A program made the position numbers and the translations under genes. This document shows, piece after piece, positions 20,733 through 31,481 of a stretch of 32,000 nt of DNA. The notes under the pieces are model-generated. The model was not told the origin of the DNA. It ran no database searches and saw only the letters and a program-made list of their open reading frames with translations. This stretch comes from Buchnera aphidicola (Therioaphis trifolii). Its GTDB lineage: Bacteria > Pseudomonadota > Gammaproteobacteria > Enterobacterales > Enterobacteriaceae. The DNA lies in assembly GCF_005080705.1 (NCBI RefSeq), contig NZ_CP032996.1, positions 180,001 to 212,000 on the forward strand, written 5' to 3'. Position 1 is the first letter of the stretch; each line of letters begins with the position of its first letter.

Positions 20733-22676
20733 ATGTTACAAAAAAAAAATTTTTTATTACAATTAAAAAATAAATTAGTATTAGAAGATCAGAAAGTAAT
20801 AGGTATTGTTGAAAAACATGATAATAGATTTGGTTTTTTAAAATCAAAATTTAAAATTAATTATTTTATTCCATCCAAATATATTAAAAAAGTAATAAAT
20901 GGAGATAAAATTTTAGTAAAAATTTGTGTCAAAAAAAATAAAAAATTTGCACAACCTTTAATATTAATTAAATCATTTTTAGATATTTTTATAGGTACAA
21001 TTATAAAAATAGGATTAAAAATTTTTATTCAACCTCATTATCCTTTTTTAAAAGAATTAATAATTTGTCATTTTGATAATCAAAATTTTGGTGTAATAAA
21101 AAAAGGAGATTGGTTTTTTGCAAAATTAATACAACATAAATTAGATAATTATAAAGATTTTAATGCAAAATTAATAAAATTTATTTCTTCAAAAAATGAT
21201 AATTTATTACCATGGAAAGTAATTTTAACATATTATAATGTTAAAGTTTTTTTTCCTAAATTTAATATTAATAATTTAAATTTTAATAAAAATATTTTTC
21301 GAAAAGATTTAACTGACTTAACATTTATTACTATAGATAATGATTCTACAAAAGATATAGATGATGCTATATTTGTTGAAAAAATAGATAATCAAAATAT
21401 TAAAATTATTATAGCTATTTCAGATCCTACTTCTTATATTAATCCAGATAGTGATTTAGATATTATTGCTTCAAATAGATTATTTACAAATTATTTACCA
21501 GGTTTTGATATTCCTATGTTACCAAAAATATTATCAGAAGATATGTTTTCTTTACATCCTAATTTAAAGAAACCAGTTTTAGCTTGTGAGGTTATTATTG
21601 ATCAGTATGGTAATATATCTAAAAAAATAAATTTTTTTTTAGCATTTATTAAATCATATGCTAAATTAAATTATAATAATGTTTCAAATTGGATTAATGG
21701 TATTGGAATTTGGAAACCTGATAATAATAAAATTATTAATCAAATTAATTTATTATATAAATTATGTAATAGAAGAATATTATGGAGAAAAAAAAATGCA
21801 CTAATTTTTAAAGATACGCTTGAATATAAATTTCATCTTTCTGATAATTATGATATTATAAAAATTTCTGTTGAATATAGAAATATTGCACATAAAATGA
21901 TTGAAGAAGCTATGATTATTGCAAATGTTAGTGCAGCAAATTTTTTATCTAAACATTTAGGTTTTGGAATTTATAATATTCATTTAGGTTTTAATACGGT
22001 AAATGCTAAACATGTTTCTTTAATTCTTAAAAAATATGATATTAATATTCATTATAAAAAAATTATTACTTTAATGGGATTTTGTGAATTATATCGTGTA
22101 TTAAATTCATTTTCTAATAATTATATAAATTATCGAATTCGAAGATATCAATCATTAGGAACAATTAGTACAATTCCTAAACCTCATTTTGCTTTAGGAT
22201 TCAATCAATATTTAACTTGGACATCTCCAATACGAAAATATAGTGATATGATTAATCATAGATTATTAAAAAATATTATTTTAGGATATCCCTCAAAAAA
22301 ACCTAATAATAATATTATATCAAAAATTATTAATTGTAAAAGACGGCATCAAACAATTAAAAAAAATATAACCAATTGGTTATATATAAAATTTTTTAAA
22401 AAAAATAATTATTTTAATAAAATTTTTATAGCAAACATTTTTGATATTTTAAATTCTGGAATAAAAGCACGTTTATTAATTAATGGTGCAAATATATTTA
22501 TTCCTATTACATATATGTATCATTACAATAAAAATTTTATATGTGATCGAAAAAATGGAATTTTATATTTTAAAGATAAAATATTATATCGAATATCTGA
22601 TGTAATAAAAGTAATAATTTTAAATATTAATACTCATGAAAATATTATAATTGCTAAACCATATATAAAATTATAA
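20733..22676 (+). CDS. rnb: Exoribonuclease II
   Basis: 647 aa (E. coli 644). N-terminal cold-shock-like region (GFLKS...), RNB catalytic motif FITIDNDSTKDIDDAIFVE, and later the HFALG...YLTWTSPIRKYSDMINHR block. Confidence 0.92.
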   Translation: MLQKKNFLLQLKNKLVLEDQKVIGIVEKHDNRFGFLKSKFKINYFIPSKYIKKVINGDKILVKICVKKNKKFAQPLILIKSFLDIFIGTIIKIGLKIFIQPHYPFLKELIICHFDNQNFGVIKKGDWFFAKLIQHKLDNYKDFNAKLIKFISSKNDNLLPWKVILTYYNVKVFFPKFNINNLNFNKNIFRKDLTDLTFITIDNDSTKDIDDAIFVEKIDNQNIKIIIAISDPTSYINPDSDLDIIASNRLFTNYLPGFDIPMLPKILSEDMFSLHPNLKKPVLACEVIIDQYGNISKKINFFLAFIKSYAKLNYNNVSNWINGIGIWKPDNNKIINQINLLYKLCNRRILWRKKNALIFKDTLEYKFHLSDNYDIIKISVEYRNIAHKMIEEAMIIANVSAANFLSKHLGFGIYNIHLGFNTVNAKHVSLILKKYDINIHYKKIITLMGFCELYRVLNSFSNNYINYRIRRYQSLGTISTIPKPHFALGFNQYLTWTSPIRKYSDMINHRLLKNIILGYPSKKPNNNIISKIINCKRRHQTIKKNITNWLYIKFFKKNNYFNKIFIANIFDILNSGIKARLLINGANIFIPITYMYHYNKNFICDRKNGILYFKDKILYRISDVIKVIILNINTHENIIIAKPYIKL

Positions 22677-22712
22677 ATATATTTAAAATAAATTTTTATT
22701 TTAAATATATTT
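22675..22712. repeat. Perfect 18-bp A/T-only inverted repeat with a 2-nt centre, immediately after the rnb stop; possible hairpin or terminator
   Basis: aaatatatttaaaataaa (22675-22692), tt, tttattttaaatatattt (22695-22712). I checked arm against arm by hand. It overlaps the last 2 nt of the rnb stop codon. No G/C pairs, so thermodynamic strength is modest. Confidence 0.35.
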
Positions 22713-22787
22713 AATAATTGAATTATAATTTTATATAAAATATCAAATTTTTATTTTTTTTAACATAAAAAATATTTAGGAGATTTC

Positions 22788-23435
22788 TTGAATAATTTAA
22801 ATATAGATTTTAAAAATTATTTACATTTTTTTTTAGGTTTATTTGCTGTAATTAATCCTATTGGTATGATTCCTATTTTTATAGCAATGACAGGTTTTCA
22901 ATCTACTAAAGAACGAAATAAAATAAATATTATTTCAAATATAACTGCAGCTTTTATTTTAATTATTTCATTATCTTTAGGTAATATGATTTTAAATTTT
23001 TTTGAAATCTCTATAGAATCATTTAGAATTGCTGGAGGAATATTAATAATTAGTATTTCAATATCTATGATTCATGGAACTTTAATGAATAATTTAATAA
23101 AAAATAAAAATAAAAATAAATTTTTTTATAACAAAGAAAATATTAGTATTATACCTTTAGCTATGCCATTAATTGCTGGTCCAGGAGCAATTAGTTCTAC
23201 TATTATATGGAGTACACATCATAATAATTGGAATAATAAATTGGGTTGTATTTTAGTAATATTATTATTTTCTTTTATTTGTTGGATATTTTTCCAAATT
23301 GCTCCTATTTTTATTAAAATTCTTGGATCAACAGGTATTAATATATTAACAAGAATTATGGGATTATTATTAATGTCATTAGGAATTGAATTTATTATTT
23401 CTAGTATTATTACTATTTTTACAAAAATGTTATAA
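22788..23435 (+). CDS. ychE: MarC-family integral membrane protein (UPF0056)
   Basis: 215 aa, the same length as E. coli YchE. Multi-pass membrane protein with MarC-like blocks ([13 protein letters not shown]...; [18 protein letters not shown]). TTG start at 22788 preceded by AGGAG (22778-22782) at 5-nt spacing. Confidence 0.8.
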   Translation: MNNLNIDFKNYLHFFLGLFAVINPIGMIPIFIAMTGFQSTKERNKINIISNITAAFILIISLSLGNMILNFFEISIESFRIAGGILIISISISMIHGTLMNNLIKNKNKNKFFYNKENISIIPLAMPLIAGPGAISSTIIWSTHHNNWNNKLGCILVILLFSFICWIFFQIAPIFIKILGSTGINILTRIMGLLLMSLGIEFIISSIITIFTKML

Positions 23436-23465
23436 TTTATTTAATAATATAATGTTATTAATTTT

Positions 23466-24098
23466 ATGAAATTAATAAATAATTATTTAAAAAAAAATAA
23501 TATTATTATTCGAAATTTTCAATTATCTTCTTGGGAAGATATTTTTAATAAAATGACTTATTTTACAAATTTTAGAAATGAAAATACATTAGATGAAATT
23601 TGGTTTGTAGAACATTATCCAATTTATACACAAGGACAATTTGAATATAATAGTTTAAAAAAAAATATTAATAATATTCCAATATTATATACTAATAGAG
23701 GTGGAAAAATAACATATCATGGTCCAGGACAACAAGTTGTATATTTATTATTAAATTTAAAAAGATTAAAAATAAATATTAGACAATTATTATCTATAAT
23801 AAATAATGTTGTATTAAATACATTATATTATTTTTCTATTATTGGTAATACCGGAATTATTCCAGGAATATATGTAGAAAAAAAAAAAATTTGTTCTATT
23901 GGATTACGTATTAAAAAATATTTTACTTTACATGGTTTTTCTTTAAATATTAAAATGAATTTAGAACCATTTAAATATATTCATCCATGTGGCGATAGTA
24001 CAATTATTATGACTCATATGTATGATATTAATAAACATATTTCTTTAGAAATTGTAAGAAAAATTTTAATAAAAAATTTTTTTATTTTTTTAACATAA
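23466..24098 (+). CDS. lipB: Octanoyltransferase (lipoyl(octanoyl) transferase)
   Basis: EIWFVEHYPIYTQGQ..., RGGKITYHGPGQQVVY, and the catalytic Cys region IHPCG. 210 aa versus 213 in E. coli. It is followed by lipA. Confidence 0.92.
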   Translation: MKLINNYLKKNNIIIRNFQLSSWEDIFNKMTYFTNFRNENTLDEIWFVEHYPIYTQGQFEYNSLKKNINNIPILYTNRGGKITYHGPGQQVVYLLLNLKRLKINIRQLLSIINNVVLNTLYYFSIIGNTGIIPGIYVEKKKICSIGLRIKKYFTLHGFSLNIKMNLEPFKYIHPCGDSTIIMTHMYDINKHISLEIVRKILIKNFFIFLT

Positions 24099-24164
24099 AT
24101 TATTTATAAATATAATTCAATATCATTTAATATAATATTAATAAATAAAATTAAAAAAAATCAA

Positions 24165-25067
24165 ATGAATAAATTAAATAATATAAAATTAAAAAAAAAT
24201 ATTTTTTTAAAAAATAAAAAATTATCTAAACCAAATTGGATTAGAATTAAATTACCAAAATCATTTTTTTATATTAATAAGATAAAAAATATTTTAAAAA
24301 CAAATTCTCTTCATACTGTTTGTGAAGAAGCTTTATGTCCTAATTTACCAGAATGTTTTAATAATAAAACTGCAACATTTATGATTTTAGGTAATATATG
24401 TACTCGAAAATGTCCATTTTGTGCAGTAAAAAAAGGTAGACCAAATATTATTGATAAAAATGAACCATATAAATTATCAAAGACAGTATTTCAAATGGGA
24501 ATTAAACATATAGTAATTACTTCGGTAAATCGTGATGATTTAAAAGATGGAGGAGCTAAACATTTTGTAAAGTGTATTAAAAAATTACGCATTAATAAAA
24601 AAATAAAAATTGAAATTTTAGTTCCTGATTTTCGAAACTCAATAAAATATTCAATAGATATTTTATCTACTTATCCTCCAGATATTTTTAATCATAATTT
24701 AGAAAATGTTCCTCGTTTATATAAAATCATTAGACCAGGTGCAAATTATCAAAAATCACTTTATTTATTAAATTATTTTAAACAAAAAAATCCAAATATT
24801 CCTACTAAATCTGGTTTAATGTTAGGATTAGGTGAAACAAAAGAAGAAATTATTCAAGTATTAAAAGATTTAAGAGAAAATGGTGTTAATATGTTAACTT
24901 TAGGTCAATATTTACAACCTAGTAAAAATCATATTTCAGTTAAAAAATATATTACAATTGAAGAATTTCAATATTATAAAAATCAAGCATTATCAATGGG
25001 ATTTACTAATGCATTTTGTGGTCCATTAGTTCGTTCTTCATATCATGCAAATAAACAAATAAAATAA
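24165..25067 (+). CDS. lipA: Lipoyl synthase (radical SAM)
   Basis: N-terminal auxiliary cluster motif [12 protein letters not shown], the radical-SAM motif CTRKCPFC, and C-terminal RSSYHA. 300 aa. Confidence 0.95.
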   Translation: MNKLNNIKLKKNIFLKNKKLSKPNWIRIKLPKSFFYINKIKNILKTNSLHTVCEEALCPNLPECFNNKTATFMILGNICTRKCPFCAVKKGRPNIIDKNEPYKLSKTVFQMGIKHIVITSVNRDDLKDGGAKHFVKCIKKLRINKKIKIEILVPDFRNSIKYSIDILSTYPPDIFNHNLENVPRLYKIIRPGANYQKSLYLLNYFKQKNPNIPTKSGLMLGLGETKEEIIQVLKDLRENGVNMLTLGQYLQPSKNHISVKKYITIEEFQYYKNQALSMGFTNAFCGPLVRSSYHANKQIK

Positions 25068-25360
25068 TTATTATATTTTTATTATGTTAATTATTTTTTT
25101 TTATTAAATTATATAATGAAATTATTTATATTTATTAAATTTTATTATTAAAATTATAATATTTAATTTTTAAAATAAAAAATAAAACATTTTAAAATAT
25201 TTTTAAAAATATTATTTAAAAAATTTTTAAATAATAATTATTATTAATTATAAAATACATTTATATTTTAAATAAAATATTTAAAATATAATTAAAAATT
25301 TAAATAAAATATTTTATTGTATTAAAATAATGAATATTATTTTATTTTATAAGAGTAAAT

Positions 25361-25951
25361 ATGAAAATTAAACGTATACAAGATGCTATTTTACCTACAC
25401 CATGGGGAAAATTTATAATAATTGGATTTGAAGAAATTTTAAAAAATAAGCATCATGTTGTTTTAACTTATGGAGATATTACAAAAAATCATCCATTATT
25501 AGTTAGAATTCACTCAGAATGTTTAACTGGAGATTCTTTATTTAGTTTAAGATGTGATTGTGGTGAACAATTAAAAATGTCATTAATGTTAATTGCTAAA
25601 GAAGGTCAGGGTATATTAATTTATCATAGACAAGAAGGACGTAATATTGGTTTATTAAATAAAATTAAAGCATATCATTTACAAGATTGTGGATTAGATA
25701 CAGTAGAAGCAAATCATAAATTAGGTTTTTCAGCTGATGAACGAGATTTTACTGTATGTTCGGATATATTAAAATTAATGAATATTTATAAAATTAGATT
25801 ATTAACTAATAATCCATTAAAAGTAAAAATATTAAATAATTCAGGTATTCATGTTGTAAAGAGAATTGATTTAATTATTAAAAAAAATTCTGAAAATGAA
25901 AAATATTTAAATACTAAAATTAATAAAATGGGGCATTTAATTCCTAATTAA
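25361..25951 (+). CDS. ribA: GTP cyclohydrolase II
   Basis: 196 aa, the same length as E. coli RibA. Zinc/active-site block [24 protein letters not shown], then [18 protein letters not shown] and [11 protein letters not shown]. Confidence 0.95.
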   Translation: MKIKRIQDAILPTPWGKFIIIGFEEILKNKHHVVLTYGDITKNHPLLVRIHSECLTGDSLFSLRCDCGEQLKMSLMLIAKEGQGILIYHRQEGRNIGLLNKIKAYHLQDCGLDTVEANHKLGFSADERDFTVCSDILKLMNIYKIRLLTNNPLKVKILNNSGIHVVKRIDLIIKKNSENEKYLNTKINKMGHLIPN

Positions 25952-25996
25952 TAAAAAAATAAATATAATAACTAATTTTTTTTAAAATTAAAAATT

Positions 25997-26392
25997 TTAT
26001 TTAAAAATAAATCTTGGATTACCATTTTTATCAATAGCTACATAAGTAAATATAGCTTTTGCAATTTTAAATTTAGATCCTAATGGTTGAGAAGTAATTT
26101 TTTTTATCCATACTTCAATTTTAATTTTTAATGATGTATTACCAATATTTATACAATGAGCATAACAACTTACTAAATCTCCAATAGATATTCTTTTAAA
26201 GAAAATCATTTCATGAACTTTTAATGTTACTACTTTACCTTTAGAAATTTGTTTTGCTAAAATTGCTCCTCCCATATCCATTTGAGACATAATCCAACCG
26301 CCAAAAATATCTCCATTAGCATTTGTATCAGATGGCATAGCTAACGTTCGTAATACTATTTTTTTTTTTATAGATTTCTTTATTGTATTCAT
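25997..26392 (-). CDS. yciA: Acyl-CoA thioesterase, hotdog fold
   Basis: 131 aa (E. coli YciA 132). LRTLAMPSDTNANGDIFGGWIMSQMDMGGAILA matches the YciA N-terminal active-site region. Confidence 0.88.
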   Translation of the reverse strand: MNTIKKSIKKKIVLRTLAMPSDTNANGDIFGGWIMSQMDMGGAILAKQISKGKVVTLKVHEMIFFKRISIGDLVSCYAHCINIGNTSLKIKIEVWIKKITSQPLGSKFKIAKAIFTYVAIDKNGNPRFIFK

Positions 26393-26444
26393 ATAAATTT
26401 TTTTATTTTTTATAATATGATAATTTTATTAAATTTAAACATTT

Positions 26445-26831
26445 TTATATTTTTTTTAAATATAATTTTAATAAACAATAAAAAATAAATATTATTATAA
26501 AAAAAATTAATATTTTTATTATTAAAAAAATAATTATATTATATATTATTAATAATAAATTTTTTATTATAAATAATATGATTTGATTTAATAATAAAAA
26601 AATATTTAATTTTAATATTAAAAATAATAATAATATTATAATAAAAAATATTATTTTTAATTTTATTTTTTTTTTAATTATTAATTTTATATAATAAAAA
26701 TTATTTCTAATAAATATTAAAATTGAAATTATTAATAATATAAAAAATGATGATAAAAATGTTGTCATTAATATTTTAATAATATTAATTATAATTAATA
26801 AAAATATTATTATTATTAATATTTTTAACAT
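26445..26831 (-). CDS. Hypothetical small, very hydrophobic membrane protein (about 4 predicted TM segments); possibly a shortened remnant of yciC or yciB
   Basis: 128-codon open frame in nearly pure A/T DNA, where stops should be frequent. The obviously spurious ORFs in the track are 60-121 aa. Composition is almost only I/L/F/K/N. It occupies the yciB/yciC slot between yciA and trpA. The C-terminus ...IFYCLLKLYLKKI only faintly resembles the E. coli YciC C-terminus (...LIYLFRLYMLIRQ, recalled). No SD is visible. Confidence 0.35.
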   Translation of the reverse strand: MLKILIIIIFLLIIINIIKILMTTFLSSFFILLIISILIFIRNNFYYIKLIIKKKIKLKIIFFIIILLLFLILKLNIFLLLNQIILFIIKNLLLIIYNIIIFLIIKILIFFIIIFIFYCLLKLYLKKI

Positions 26832-26922
26832 AATTGATTTTTTAATGTTTTTTAATTTAATATATTTAATATATCATGATAAATAACATAATTTATAATA
26901 ATATAAAATTTTAAAACATAAT

Positions 26923-27729
26923 CTATTTAATTGTTGCAGATTTTAATTTAAAAATTAATTTTTTAATTTTTTTTAACATAATATCATTATTATAATGATA
27001 TTTTTCAATTAATTTTATAATTATAGAACCACAAATTACACCCTGAGTTCCAGATGATAATGAATTTTTAATATGTTGTATTTTTGAAATTCCAAAACCT
27101 TGTAAAATTGGTTTAGAATTATATTTTTTTAATTGATTAATAATATTTAAATTAGGATTATTAATTTTATTTTTTAATCCAGTAACTCCAGAATGTGTAA
27201 TTAAATAAACATATCCTTTACTTTTTTTTGCTATTTTTTTTATTAATTTTTTATCAGAATTAGGAGGACAAATAAAAATTTGAAGTATATTATATTTTTT
27301 AGAATAATATTCAAAAATTGAAGATTCTTCTATAGGAAGATCAGGTATTAATACTGAATCTATATCAATTTTTTTACATTTTTTATAAAAATTTTTAATG
27401 CCTTTATTAAAAATAATATTTGCATAAACTAATATTCCAATTGGAATAGTAGGATATTTTTTTCGTATTGTATTTAAAATTTTAAAACATTTAGAAATAG
27501 TAATTTTATTAGATAAAACACGCATATTAGCATTTTGTACAATAATTCCATCTGCTAATGGATCTGAAAAAGGTATGCCTAATTCTAATGCATTAACACC
27601 TGATTTAATAAAAATATCAATAATTTGATAAAATGATTGTATAGATGGATCTCCAATAGTTATATATGGAACAAAACATCCTTCATTAATTAATTTTATT
27701 TTTTGAAACATTATCTCATATCGATTCAT
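26923..27729 (-). CDS. trpA: Tryptophan synthase alpha chain
   Basis: 268 aa, the same length as E. coli Trp[29 protein letters not shown] resembles [28 protein letters not shown]. The [13 protein letters not shown] motif is present. Confidence 0.95.
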   Translation of the reverse strand: MNRYEIMFQKIKLINEGCFVPYITIGDPSIQSFYQIIDIFIKSGVNALELGIPFSDPLADGIIVQNANMRVLSNKITISKCFKILNTIRKKYPTIPIGILVYANIIFNKGIKNFYKKCKKIDIDSVLIPDLPIEESSIFEYYSKKYNILQIFICPPNSDKKLIKKIAKKSKGYVYLITHSGVTGLKNKINNPNLNIINQLKKYNSKPILQGFGISKIQHIKNSLSSGTQGVICGSIIIKLIEKYHYNNDIMLKKIKKLIFKLKSATIK

Positions 27730-28915
27730 AATATTTTTCCTGATTTGAAATATTTTTATATACTGTTAAAATATCTTTATCTCCTCTTCCAGATAAATTT
27801 ACAACAATAATTTGTTTTTTATTAGGATTTTTATTCATAATTTTTAATGCATAAGCAAGAGCATGTGAAGATTCTAAAGCAGGAATGATACCTTCATATT
27901 TACATAAATTAATAAATGCATTTAATGCTTCTTTATCAGTTATTGAATCATAAACAACTCTACCAATAGAATTTAACCAAGCATGTTCTGGACCAACAGA
28001 TGGAAAATCTAATCCAGCTGAAATAGAATGTGATTTTTTAATTTGTCCATCTATATTTTGCATCATAGCAGATTTCATTCCAAAATAAATTCCTGTTTTT
28101 CCATGCTTTATTGGTGCACCATGTTTTCCTGTTAAAATTCCTAAACCTCCTGGCTCAATTCCAATAAGTTTGACATTATCATTAATAAAATTATGAAATA
28201 TACCAATAGCATTAGATCCTCCACCAACACATGCAATAATTTTATCTGGTAATTGTGATTCTTGATTTAAAATTTGTTGTTTTGTTTCAATACCAATAAT
28301 TTTTTGAAATTCCCGTACCATAATAGGATATGGGTGAGGTCCTGCAGCTGTTCCTAGCATATAATAACTATTATTATAATTTTCTGTCCAATCTCTTAAA
28401 GCTTCATTACAAGCATCTTTTAATGTTTCAGAACCATTTTTTACAGGTATAACTTTTGCTCCCATTAATTTCATTTTAAAAACATTAGTTTTTTGTCTTT
28501 TTATATCTTTATTACCCATATAAATACGACATTTTAAATTTAATAATGAACAAGCAAATGCTGTTGCTACTCCATGTTGTCCTGCTCCAGTTTCTGCTAA
28601 TACATATTTTTTATTCATTTCTTTTGCTAATAATGCCTGACCAAGAACTTGATTAGTTTTATGAGCTCCCCCATGTAATAAATCTTCTCTTTTTAGATAA
28701 ATTTTTGTTTTTGTATTTTTTGTTATATTTTTACATAATGTTAATGGAGTAGGTCGACCTGCATAATTTTTTAATAAATAAGATAATTTTTTTTGAAAAT
28801 TAGAATTATTTTGTGAATTTACAAAATATTTTTCTAATTGTTTTAATGCTGGAATTAAAATTTGAGGTACATACATGCCACCAAAATTTCCAAAATATGG
28901 ATTTAATAAATTCAT
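27716..28915 (-). CDS. trpB: Tryptophan synthase beta chain
   Basis: PLP-lysine motif [24 protein letters not shown], and GGGSNAIG. 399 aa versus 397 in E. coli. Confidence 0.97.
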   Translation of the reverse strand: MNLLNPYFGNFGGMYVPQILIPALKQLEKYFVNSQNNSNFQKKLSYLLKNYAGRPTPLTLCKNITKNTKTKIYLKREDLLHGGAHKTNQVLGQALLAKEMNKKYVLAETGAGQHGVATAFACSLLNLKCRIYMGNKDIKRQKTNVFKMKLMGAKVIPVKNGSETLKDACNEALRDWTENYNNSYYMLGTAAGPHPYPIMVREFQKIIGIETKQQILNQESQLPDKIIACVGGGSNAIGIFHNFINDNVKLIGIEPGGLGILTGKHGAPIKHGKTGIYFGMKSAMMQNIDGQIKKSHSISAGLDFPSVGPEHAWLNSIGRVVYDSITDKEALNAFINLCKYEGIIPALESSHALAYALKIMNKNPNKKQIIVVNLSGRGDKDILTVYKNISNQEKYYESI

Positions 28916-28974
28916 AATAATAATTCCTATTATAAATATTAATTAAAATATTATTTTTAATTAATAATATTAAT

Positions 28975-30336
28975 TTATAATGATTTTAATTTTTTAAATA
29001 ACTTTTTTAATTTTGTATGATCTTTAATTCCAGGGAATTTTTCTAATTTTGAATTAAAATCTAATCCAAAACAATTTAATTTAGATGCTGCATCACAATT
29101 TTCTAATGATAATCCTCCAGATAAAAACACTTTTTTTAAATTATAATTTTTAATTTTTTTCCAATCAAAACTTATTCCACTACCCCCTTTAAAATTATCA
29201 AATAAATAATAATCAATATATTTAAAATTTAATTTTTTTTGATTTTTTTCTATATAAATCGCTTTCCAAATTTTAATATTTTTGTATATTTTTTTTTTTA
29301 AATTAATAATATATTTTTGATTTTCATTTCCATGCAATTGTATAGCATATAAATTTAATTTTTTAAATAAAAAATTAATTTTATCAATATTTTCATTTTG
29401 AAATACTCCAACGTATTTTAATTTTGTTGAATTAATAATATTTTTTGCAATATTATATTTAATATACCTTAAAGAATTTGGAATAAATATTAATCCTCCA
29501 TATACTGCACCTAATTTTTTAGATATTTTAGCATCTTTAGGTCTTGTTAAACCACAAATTTTATTATTACCAAATAAAATACTATTAATTTTTAAACCAA
29601 TATTTTTAGATTTCATAATGGATGAACCAATTAAAAATCCATTAACTATATTTTTTAATTTTTTTACTTGTTGATTATTTTTTATTCCAGATTCACTAAT
29701 AATAATTTTATTTTTAGGTATTAATGGAGCAAGTTTATATGTTCTATTGATATCAATATTTAAATTTTTTAAATTTCTATTATTTATACCAATAATTTTA
29801 ACATTTAATTGAATTGCTCGATTTAATTCAGATATATTATTAATTTCAGTTAGAATTCCCATATTTAATTGATGTGCAATATATTCTAAAGATTTATATT
29901 GTTGATCATTTAATACAGATAACATTAATAATATAGCATCAGCATGATGATATCTAGCTAAATATATTTGATAAGGATCAATAAAAAAATCTTTACATAA
30001 TATTGGTTGTTTAACTAATGTACTTACTTGAGATAAAAATTCAAATTTACCCTGAAAATATTTTTCATCAGTTAAAATAGAAATAGCTGATGCATGTCTT
30101 TTATAATATTTAATAATATTATTAATATTAAATTTATTATTAATAATTCCTTTTGATGGAGATGATTTTTTAATTTCTAGAATAAAAATTGATTGTTCAG
30201 ATTGTAATTTTTTATAAAAATTTCGATTTGAAATAGTAATATTTCTTTGAATGTCATATATTGATTTTTTTTTTTTTTGAATTTTTAACCAACTTAATTT
30301 ATCATATAAAATATTATTTAAAATATTAATTGTCAT
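28975..30336 (-). CDS. trpC: Bifunctional indole-3-glycerol-phosphate synthase / phosphoribosylanthranilate isomerase
   Basis: 453 aa, the length I recall for E. coli TrpC(F). The IGPS block is FILEIKKSSPSKG. The C-terminal PRAI half (KICGLTRPKDA...IQLHGNE...LSGGL) is present. Confidence 0.93.
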   Translation of the reverse strand: MTINILNNILYDKLSWLKIQKKKKSIYDIQRNITISNRNFYKKLQSEQSIFILEIKKSSPSKGIINNKFNINNIIKYYKRHASAISILTDEKYFQGKFEFLSQVSTLVKQPILCKDFFIDPYQIYLARYHHADAILLMLSVLNDQQYKSLEYIAHQLNMGILTEINNISELNRAIQLNVKIIGINNRNLKNLNIDINRTYKLAPLIPKNKIIISESGIKNNQQVKKLKNIVNGFLIGSSIMKSKNIGLKINSILFGNNKICGLTRPKDAKISKKLGAVYGGLIFIPNSLRYIKYNIAKNIINSTKLKYVGVFQNENIDKINFLFKKLNLYAIQLHGNENQKYIINLKKKIYKNIKIWKAIYIEKNQKKLNFKYIDYYLFDNFKGGSGISFDWKKIKNYNLKKVFLSGGLSLENCDAASKLNCFGLDFNSKLEKFPGIKDHTKLKKLFKKLKSL

Positions 30337-31336
30337 AATTTTTCTCTTTTGATATATTTTTTATATGTTGATTAATTTCTCCACTTTCAATTTTTTCAAA
30401 ACATATTTTTGTATTTAATTTAAGATTCTCATATCCAAATATTTTAAGTAAAATTGCTGCATTCATTGCAATTAAATATTTATATTCAATAGGTCCTCTA
30501 CCTTTACATATATTTTTAAAATCTAAATAATTTTCTTGAATAGTTTTTTTTTTAAACAAAAAATTTTTTACTCTATTAATTCCAAAATCTTCAGGATATA
30601 AATTATATGAAATAATTTTTCCATTTTTAACTTCTACTATCTTTGTTTTATAATTTAATGTAATTTCATCTATACCATGACTATGTAATAATATTACTCT
30701 TTCATAATTTAATTGATGAACAATTTTAGCTAGAGGTAATAATAAATGAGGTGAATATACTCCAATAACAGAATAATTTGGTCTTGAGGGATTTAATAAT
30801 GGACCTAATATATTAAATATAGTTCTTGTTTTTAATTCTTTTCTTATTTTTGTTACATACTTAAAACCAAAATGATATTGAGGGGCGTATAAAAAACATA
30901 TATTTAATTTATCTAATTGTTTTTTAGATTCTTTAGGGTTTATTTTAATATTAATATTATTTTTTTTTAATATATCTGCAGATCCTAATTGACTAGATAC
31001 ACCACTATTACAATGTTTAATAATTTTTAATCCAAGAGATGAAACTACTAAAGCACTTAACGTAGATACATTAATTATATTAACATGATCTCCACCCGTT
31101 CCTGCAATATCTGCAAATAAATATTTAGGTTTTGGAAAATTAATAGAATTTTCTTGTAAACATTTTATTGCACCAATAATTTCATTAATTGATTCTAATC
31201 TTATTTTTAAAATAGTTAATATTGATGTTAATTTTATTACAGATATTTTATTTTTGATAATTTTTTTAAATAAATTATAACTTTCTAATTCATTACATGT
31301 TTTTAATGCATATATTTTTTTAAATATTTTTTTCAT
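30326..31336 (-). CDS. trpD: Anthranilate phosphoribosyltransferase (stand-alone, not fused to a glutamine amidotransferase domain)
   Basis: 336 aa. Motifs DIAGTGGDHVNIINVST and FNILGPLLNP are present. There is no TrpG-like N-terminal domain, unlike the E. coli TrpGD fusion. Confidence 0.93.
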   Translation of the reverse strand: MKKIFKKIYALKTCNELESYNLFKKIIKNKISVIKLTSILTILKIRLESINEIIGAIKCLQENSINFPKPKYLFADIAGTGGDHVNIINVSTLSALVVSSLGLKIIKHCNSGVSSQLGSADILKKNNINIKINPKESKKQLDKLNICFLYAPQYHFGFKYVTKIRKELKTRTIFNILGPLLNPSRPNYSVIGVYSPHLLLPLAKIVHQLNYERVILLHSHGIDEITLNYKTKIVEVKNGKIISYNLYPEDFGINRVKNFLFKKKTIQENYLDFKNICKGRGPIEYKYLIAMNAAILLKIFGYENLKLNTKICFEKIESGEINQHIKNISKEKNYDN

Positions 31337-31481
31337 TTTATATTTTATATTATTAATATTATTAATATTGTAAATTTTATTAAGAATTAAATTTTTTAAT
31401 AAATATTATATATAATATAATATATCTATAATTATTTTATACAATAATTTTATATTTATATATTTTTATAGGAATTATTAT

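Noticed and set aside
25068-25360. Possible FMN riboswitch or other structured leader upstream of ribA
   Set aside because: The spacer has only about 8 G/C in 293 nt and lacks the conserved G+C-containing helices of an FMN element. In enterobacteria the FMN riboswitch is associated with ribB, not ribA.
31337-31481. A trp leader peptide or attenuator upstream of trpD
   Set aside because: There is no small ORF with tandem Trp codons and no alternative G+C hairpins. The region is A/T-only and contains only a trivial 9-bp tandem duplication (tattaatat x2).
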